From contig CAWFXA010000002.1 in assembly GCA_963819655.1 (NCBI GenBank), positions 576,001 through 640,000 of the forward strand: a stretch of DNA of 64,000 nucleotides. Direction: 5' to 3'. The position numbers and the translations under genes are program-made. Position 1 is the stretch's first letter, and every line of letters begins with the position of its first letter. Positions 59,295-64,000 of this stretch are shown piece by piece. The DNA comes from an uncultured Chloroflexia bacterium. Its GTDB lineage: Bacteria; Chloroflexota; Limnocylindria; Limnocylindrales; CSP1-4. The notes under the pieces were generated by a model. The model saw nothing but the letters and a program-made list of their open reading frames with translations. It did not search any database and had not been told where the DNA came from.

Positions 59295-60572
59295 ATGAGC
59301 CGACCATCCCGTCTTTCACCGATCGCCCTCGCCGCCGTCACGGCCCTCATCATCGCGGCGTGCGGCAACGCGGCCCCGTCCGCGTCGCCGACCGCGACGC
59401 CTGCGCCCTCGCCGTCGACGGCAGCGTCGCCGACCCCGGCCGGCTCGGCCGATGTCGACGCCGTCTACGCCGAGATCAACGAGCAGGTCCGCGCGATCCG
59501 CGGCCTCGACGAGAAGAAGCCGATCGCGCCGACGATCGTCTCGCCCGAGGAGCTGTCGGCCGTCATCCGGACGACGTTCGATCAGGACTACCCACCGGAG
59601 CAGGTCGCTGCGGACGAGATGCTCTACAAGGGCCTCGGGCTGATCGCCATGGACGCGGATCTCGGCGCGATCTTCGTCGACCTCCTCGAGAGCCAGGTCG
59701 CCGGGCTGTATGACCCCGTCAACGACAAGCTGTACGTCCTCTCGAAGGAAGGCGGCGTTGGTCCCGTCGAGAAGGTCTATTACTCGCACGAGTACGACCA
59801 CGCCCTCCAGGACCAGCACTTCGATCTCCAGGCGATGACCGAGGGCCTCGAGGGTCAGACCGACCGGCTCCTGGCCCACCAGGCGAGCGTCGAGGGTGAT
59901 GCGTACCTCCTCATGACGTACTGGCTCCAGCAGCACCTGAGCCCGGCCGAGATCGGTGAGGTCATCCAGGCGTCCAGCGATCCTGAGCTGCAGGCTGCGC
60001 TCAACCAGATCCCGGCGATCGTGCAGGCGCAGATCCTGTTCGCGGCGACCGAGGGCACGCAGTTCGCGCTGCAGGCGCAGCTGTCCGGTGGCTGGCCGGC
60101 CATCGATGCGGTCCTTGGTGACCTGCCCGCATCGACCGAACAGATCAAGCATCCCGAGAAGTACGCGAGCCGCGAGGCGCCGATCGAGGTCGACCTGCCG
60201 AACGACCTGGCGTCGCGCATGGGCACCGGCTGGTCGGTCGTGCAGGAGAACACCATGGGCGAGCACCAGACCTCGATCTGGCTGGGCTCCCCGACAGTCG
60301 CCGCGGCGAAGGATGCGGCGGCTGGCTGGGGCGGTGATCGGATCGCGGTCCTCGGCGGACCGAACGAGACGTGGGCGATCGCCTGGCAGACCGTCTGGGA
60401 CACGCCCGCGGACGCCGCGGAATTCGAGGTCACGGCGGACGCGGCGGTCGCGAAAGCGGGCGGCCCGGGCGCGGTCCTCCCGGGTGTTGGCGGCCCGACC
60501 CGGTGGGTCGTGATCGGCAGCGATGACGCGACCCTTGCCAAGGTCGCCAACGTGCTCGGCCTCGCGGGCTGA
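59295..60572 (+). CDS. Lipoprotein with zincin-like HExxH motif
   Basis: IAAC lipobox, AGLYDP, SHEYDHALQDQHF, EGDA, STEQIKHPEKY, AAAGWGGDR. Confidence 0.8.
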   Translation: MSRPSRLSPIALAAVTALIIAACGNAAPSASPTATPAPSPSTAASPTPAGSADVDAVYAEINEQVRAIRGLDEKKPIAPTIVSPEELSAVIRTTFDQDYPPEQVAADEMLYKGLGLIAMDADLGAIFVDLLESQVAGLYDPVNDKLYVLSKEGGVGPVEKVYYSHEYDHALQDQHFDLQAMTEGLEGQTDRLLAHQASVEGDAYLLMTYWLQQHLSPAEIGEVIQASSDPELQAALNQIPAIVQAQILFAATEGTQFALQAQLSGGWPAIDAVLGDLPASTEQIKHPEKYASREAPIEVDLPNDLASRMGTGWSVVQENTMGEHQTSIWLGSPTVAAAKDAAAGWGGDRIAVLGGPNETWAIAWQTVWDTPADAAEFEVTADAAVAKAGGPGAVLPGVGGPTRWVVIGSDDATLAKVANVLGLAG

Positions 60573-60578
60573 CCCGGC

Positions 60579-62294
60579 CTACATCGCTTCCGGAGCCGAG
60601 ATCCCCAGGAGGCCGAGCGTCCGTGCCAGCGTGACTTGTGTCGCGCGTGCGAGGGCGAGCCGCGACGCAGATCGTTCGGGCTCGTCAGGGTCGACCACGC
60701 GGGCGTCCCGGTAGAAGGCATGGAACGCCGTCGCCAGCTCCTGCGCGTATGCCGTGATCCCCTGGGTCTCTTCGCCGACCACGGCATCCTCGACGACCTC
60801 GGGGAGACGGACGATGGCGCGGGCCAGGGCGGCTTCCGGACCCCCTGACAAGGTGCCGGCGACCGTCGCCGCCGGGGCGAGCCCGGCCCCGTCGGCCTTG
60901 CGCAGGATCGATGCGATGCGCGCGTGCGCGTACTGGACGTAATAGACCGGGTTCTTGCTGGCCTCCTCGTACTCGCCCCGCTCGAGTGCCTCGCGATGAC
61001 CGCGCATCTGCTCGATGTCGAAATCGATCGCGGACGTGGCCGCGCGCGACGCGAAGAACCAGCGCGCTGCGTCGACGCCGACCTCCGACAGGAGCTCGTC
61101 GAGCGTGACGTACTCACCGGCCCGCTTGGACATCGAGACCTCGACCCCGTCGCGCACGAATCGCACCCATGAGTACAGGTGCATCTGGACGCGCTCGGGG
61201 TCATAGCCCATCGCCTTGGCGGCGTTGCGCACCCGGGCGACCGTCCCATGGTGGTCGGCACCCCAGATGTAGATGAGGTGATCGAAGCCGCGGCTGAACT
61301 TCTCGGTCACATACCCGATGTCGGCGGCGAAGTAGGTCGGCTGCCCGTTCGAGCGATAGATCACGCGGTCCTTGTCGTCCCCGAACGCGGTCGATCGGAA
61401 CCAGACCGCGCCGTCCTCCTCGTAGACGTGCCCGCGTTCCCGCAGACGCTCGACGGCGCGGTCCACCCAACCCGCCTCATGGAGCGACCCCTCGGTCGTC
61501 CACACGTCGAAATGGACGCCGAGCTGCTCGAGGCTCGCCTCGATGCCCTGCCGGACCACTCCGGCAGCCCAATGCCCGACGATCCCAGCCGCGTCGGCGT
61601 CGGGCGCGTCGGCATCCGCCCAGACCGCGTCCGGTACCTGCGACGCCAGGTCCTGGACGTAGTCCCCGTGATAGCCATCGTCGGGCACCGGCTGGCCACG
61701 CCGGATGGCCACGATCGAGGCGCCCAGGTTCGGGATCTGGCCACCGGCGTCGTTGAAGTAGTACTCCCGCGTGACGCGCTGGCCGCCGGCCTCGAGTACC
61801 CGACCGAGCAGGTCGCCGATGAACGCCCCTCGCGCGTTGCCGACATGGAGCGGGCCGGTCGGGTTGGCCGACACGAACTCGATGTTGACCGAGCGGGTCG
61901 ACGTCGGCTCGACGTGTCCCCACGCCTCCGGCTCGGCCAGGATGCCGTCCACCACCGCCTCGAGGGCCGCCGGCTTGACGCGGACGTTGAGGAAGCCCGG
62001 TGGCGCGACCTCGACGGCCTCGACCGGGGACGCGGGATCGCGTGTCGCGTCGCGCACGAGCTTGGCAGCCAGGAGCGTGGCGATCTCCAGCGGCGCCTTG
62101 CGGTACGGCCGGGCGAGCTTCATCGCCAGGTTCGTGGCGAGGTCCCCGTGGTCCGGGTTCGCCGGGTGCTCGACTTCGATGTCGGGTCCGGCCGTGTCGC
62201 CGTCCAGCTGCGGGAATGCGCCGTCCGCCACGGCCAGGTCCCAGGCCCGACGGACGGCGTCGCGGACCTGCGTGCGCATGGGGGGAGGGATCAC
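60579..62294 (-). CDS. argS: Arginine--tRNA ligase
   Basis: HGDLATN, EFVSANPTGPLHVG, WGADHHG, MSKR, NPVYYVQYAHAR. Confidence 0.96.
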   Translation of the reverse strand: MIPPPMRTQVRDAVRRAWDLAVADGAFPQLDGDTAGPDIEVEHPANPDHGDLATNLAMKLARPYRKAPLEIATLLAAKLVRDATRDPASPVEAVEVAPPGFLNVRVKPAALEAVVDGILAEPEAWGHVEPTSTRSVNIEFVSANPTGPLHVGNARGAFIGDLLGRVLEAGGQRVTREYYFNDAGGQIPNLGASIVAIRRGQPVPDDGYHGDYVQDLASQVPDAVWADADAPDADAAGIVGHWAAGVVRQGIEASLEQLGVHFDVWTTEGSLHEAGWVDRAVERLRERGHVYEEDGAVWFRSTAFGDDKDRVIYRSNGQPTYFAADIGYVTEKFSRGFDHLIYIWGADHHGTVARVRNAAKAMGYDPERVQMHLYSWVRFVRDGVEVSMSKRAGEYVTLDELLSEVGVDAARWFFASRAATSAIDFDIEQMRGHREALERGEYEEASKNPVYYVQYAHARIASILRKADGAGLAPAATVAGTLSGGPEAALARAIVRLPEVVEDAVVGEETQGITAYAQELATAFHAFYRDARVVDPDEPERSASRLALARATQVTLARTLGLLGISAPEAM

Positions 62295-62560
62295 GGCGCC
62301 CATCGTACTGGTGCGAGTCCTGGGTCGTGCGTCCGGGGGTCCGGGGAGGACCCTTTGTTGCAGGCCCGCAACGGTATCCGGAGCCGCTGGGCGGTGGATG
62401 GCGGAGCGGTGCAGTTGAGGCTCGCCAGAGGTACTAGACCGGCCAGGACCCCCATGCGAGTATCCGGGGCCTCAGTCGGTGTACGGACACCCTTCCGAGG
62501 GAAGCCATCGACGGGGGGACCATCTATCGAGGCTTAGGCCTCCGCTCGGGGATCCGTCAC

Positions 62561-63829
62561 ATGTCGTCTACTCGATCCGGCGCGCGACCGCGCCTGGCCC
62601 GCCGCTTGTCGTGGCTGGCCGTCCTTTCCCTGACGTCGGCGGCACTGTTCGTGCCGTCCGCGACCGTGCAGGCCGCGTCGGTGAACCCGATCGCGGTCAA
62701 CAGTGGCAACCCGACCTGCGCATCGTTCGCCGGGGCATACGGCGGGGGCCAGCCGTGGCAGGAAGTCAAGTCGGATCCGCCGGGCAACGGCACGATCAAC
62801 GTGCCCGGCTTCGGGACCATCACCGTTTCGAACTTCGAGCAGTCGGCGTCCGGGCAGCCCGGCAGCTTCGACTGGTCGTCCACATTCGGCATCGACGCGG
62901 TCTTCGTGAAGGCCGGATCGTCGAAGCACCAGCTGTACGTTTACGCCGCGACCGCCGGCGCCACCGAATCCACGGGTGACACGGAGCTTGAGCCGCAGGA
63001 CGGCCAGGGGAATGGCATCAGCCACATCTCCTTCTGCTTCGATGTGGCCGTCCAGGCCACGCCCACGCCGACCCCGGTCGTCACACCGACACCGACTCCG
63101 GTCGTCACGCCCACGCCGACTCCGGTCGTCACGCCCACGCCGACGCCCGTCGTCACGCCCACGCCGACACCGCCTGGATCCACGCCGACGCCGACCCCGG
63201 CTCCGACGGAGGAAGCGCGCCAGGCCAGCATCCTGATCGCCAAGGTGGACAACAAAGGCACCGCCGACCCCGACGACGACGAGGCCCTCGATGGCGCGAC
63301 GTTCGAAGTCTGGGCCGACGACGGTGACGAGGTCTTCGAGACCGACCAGGACGAGCTCGTGTTCGGCCCGGCCGCTGCGCCGCTCGGCATGCTCGACACC
63401 GACCTGCTCGATGGTGGGATGTACTGGATCGTCGAGACGATCGTGCCGGCCGGCTTCATCGGCTCGGACCCGATCCTCGTCGAGCTCAACGTCGACCCGT
63501 CCGTGACCTGCGCCTGGGACTTCGGCGGGCTCATCGCCTGCGAGCAGAACCAGGGTGACGTCTCGGAGCTGAGCTGGACCATCGTGATCGTCGACAACAC
63601 GCCCGAGGGCGACACGCCCCAGAACCCGCCGACCGGCGGCGTGGGCGGCGCGGTGGGGACGCCTCGTGCGACCCTGCCGGCCACCGACACGCTTGACGGC
63701 GCCGGTTCGACGGCTCCCGCCGGCGACAGCTGGCGGCTCGTCCTCCTCGCGATGGCGGCCTTCCTGACCGCCGCGCTCGTCCTGACCCCGGCTCGCGCCG
63801 CGGTCCGCAAGGACGATCGAATCCGCTAA
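62561..63829 (+). CDS. Secreted surface protein: PT-repeat stalk, SpaA/CnaB-like domain and LPATD-TM-basic sorting-like tail
   Basis: Signal peptide (VQA), (TPTPTPVV)n, IAKVD..LDGATFEV..YWIVETIVPAGF, TLPATDT, TM helix, RKDDRIR. Confidence 0.75.
   Translation: MSSTRSGARPRLARRLSWLAVLSLTSAALFVPSATVQAASVNPIAVNSGNPTCASFAGAYGGGQPWQEVKSDPPGNGTINVPGFGTITVSNFEQSASGQPGSFDWSSTFGIDAVFVKAGSSKHQLYVYAATAGATESTGDTELEPQDGQGNGISHISFCFDVAVQATPTPTPVVTPTPTPVVTPTPTPVVTPTPTPVVTPTPTPPGSTPTPTPAPTEEARQASILIAKVDNKGTADPDDDEALDGATFEVWADDGDEVFETDQDELVFGPAAAPLGMLDTDLLDGGMYWIVETIVPAGFIGSDPILVELNVDPSVTCAWDFGGLIACEQNQGDVSELSWTIVIVDNTPEGDTPQNPPTGGVGGAVGTPRATLPATDTLDGAGSTAPAGDSWRLVLLAMAAFLTAALVLTPARAAVRKDDRIR
63058..63170 (+). 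repeat. 24-bp tandem coding repeat (TPTPTPVV x4)
   Basis: acgcccacgccgactccggtcgtc-type units. Confidence 0.85.
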
Positions 63830-64000
63830 CCCCGTGGGTGCCAGGGGCACCCGGCCCTGAGCAGCGGACGACTGCCGCCCGACGTGGGCGGCGGTCGTTC
63901 GATTCGTGCGGATCGTCGCACGGTGCCGAGTTGCACCGAATGTCGGGAGATTGACGGTCCGATGTCGCCAAAAGTACTAGACGGCGACCCCGGACCATGG

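Noticed and set aside
24690-63170. 18-bp and 24-bp tandem repeats as CRISPR arrays
   Set aside because: In-frame coding repeats without spacers; no cas genes
4016-63850. Many long Arg/Pro-rich antisense or alternate-frame ORFs (e.g. 4016..5815, 22585..24543, 45488..47521, 62534..63850)
   Set aside because: They shadow well-supported genes and have no recognisable motifs

Overview
High-GC bacterial chromosome segment with no phage, IS, CRISPR, rRNA or tRNA. Gene content and Ser/Pro/Thr-rich lipoproteins suggest a monoderm Chloroflexota, possibly Limnocylindria (inference). Three stretches (about 0.5-3.8, 12.5-18.3 and 28.1-31.1 kb) are full of indels, probably long-read consensus errors. 1-23 kb is a surface-glycosylation locus with many GT-C-like membrane proteins, GT2/GT4 enzymes and nucleotide-sugar enzymes. 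36-43.5 kb holds dnaB, lexA, rplI, dinB and an SOS-box-controlled small gene. 43.7-58.3 kb is a histidine-utilisation/C1-folate cluster (fchA-folD-fhs, hutH, hutU, ftcD, hutI). The right end has argS and surface proteins. The most interesting element is a minus-strand unit at 25.3-32.7 kb. In order it has a STAND/BTAD regulator, a c-di-GMP-II riboswitch with an overlapping terminator, a 9-aa uORF and a 29-aa signal-peptide-like ORF (MKVRLMRIIVTLTSVAMIALAGGASLRGF, missing from the ORF track). These are followed by a membrane HD-GYP phosphodiesterase and a DUF5317 domain with LspA-like aspartate motifs fused to an MFS transporter. I propose a peptide-signalling system in a c-di-GMP feedback loop. 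Other candidates are an anti-Shine-Dalgarno sRNA (59.1 kb), a shared promoter motif and widespread leaderless genes.
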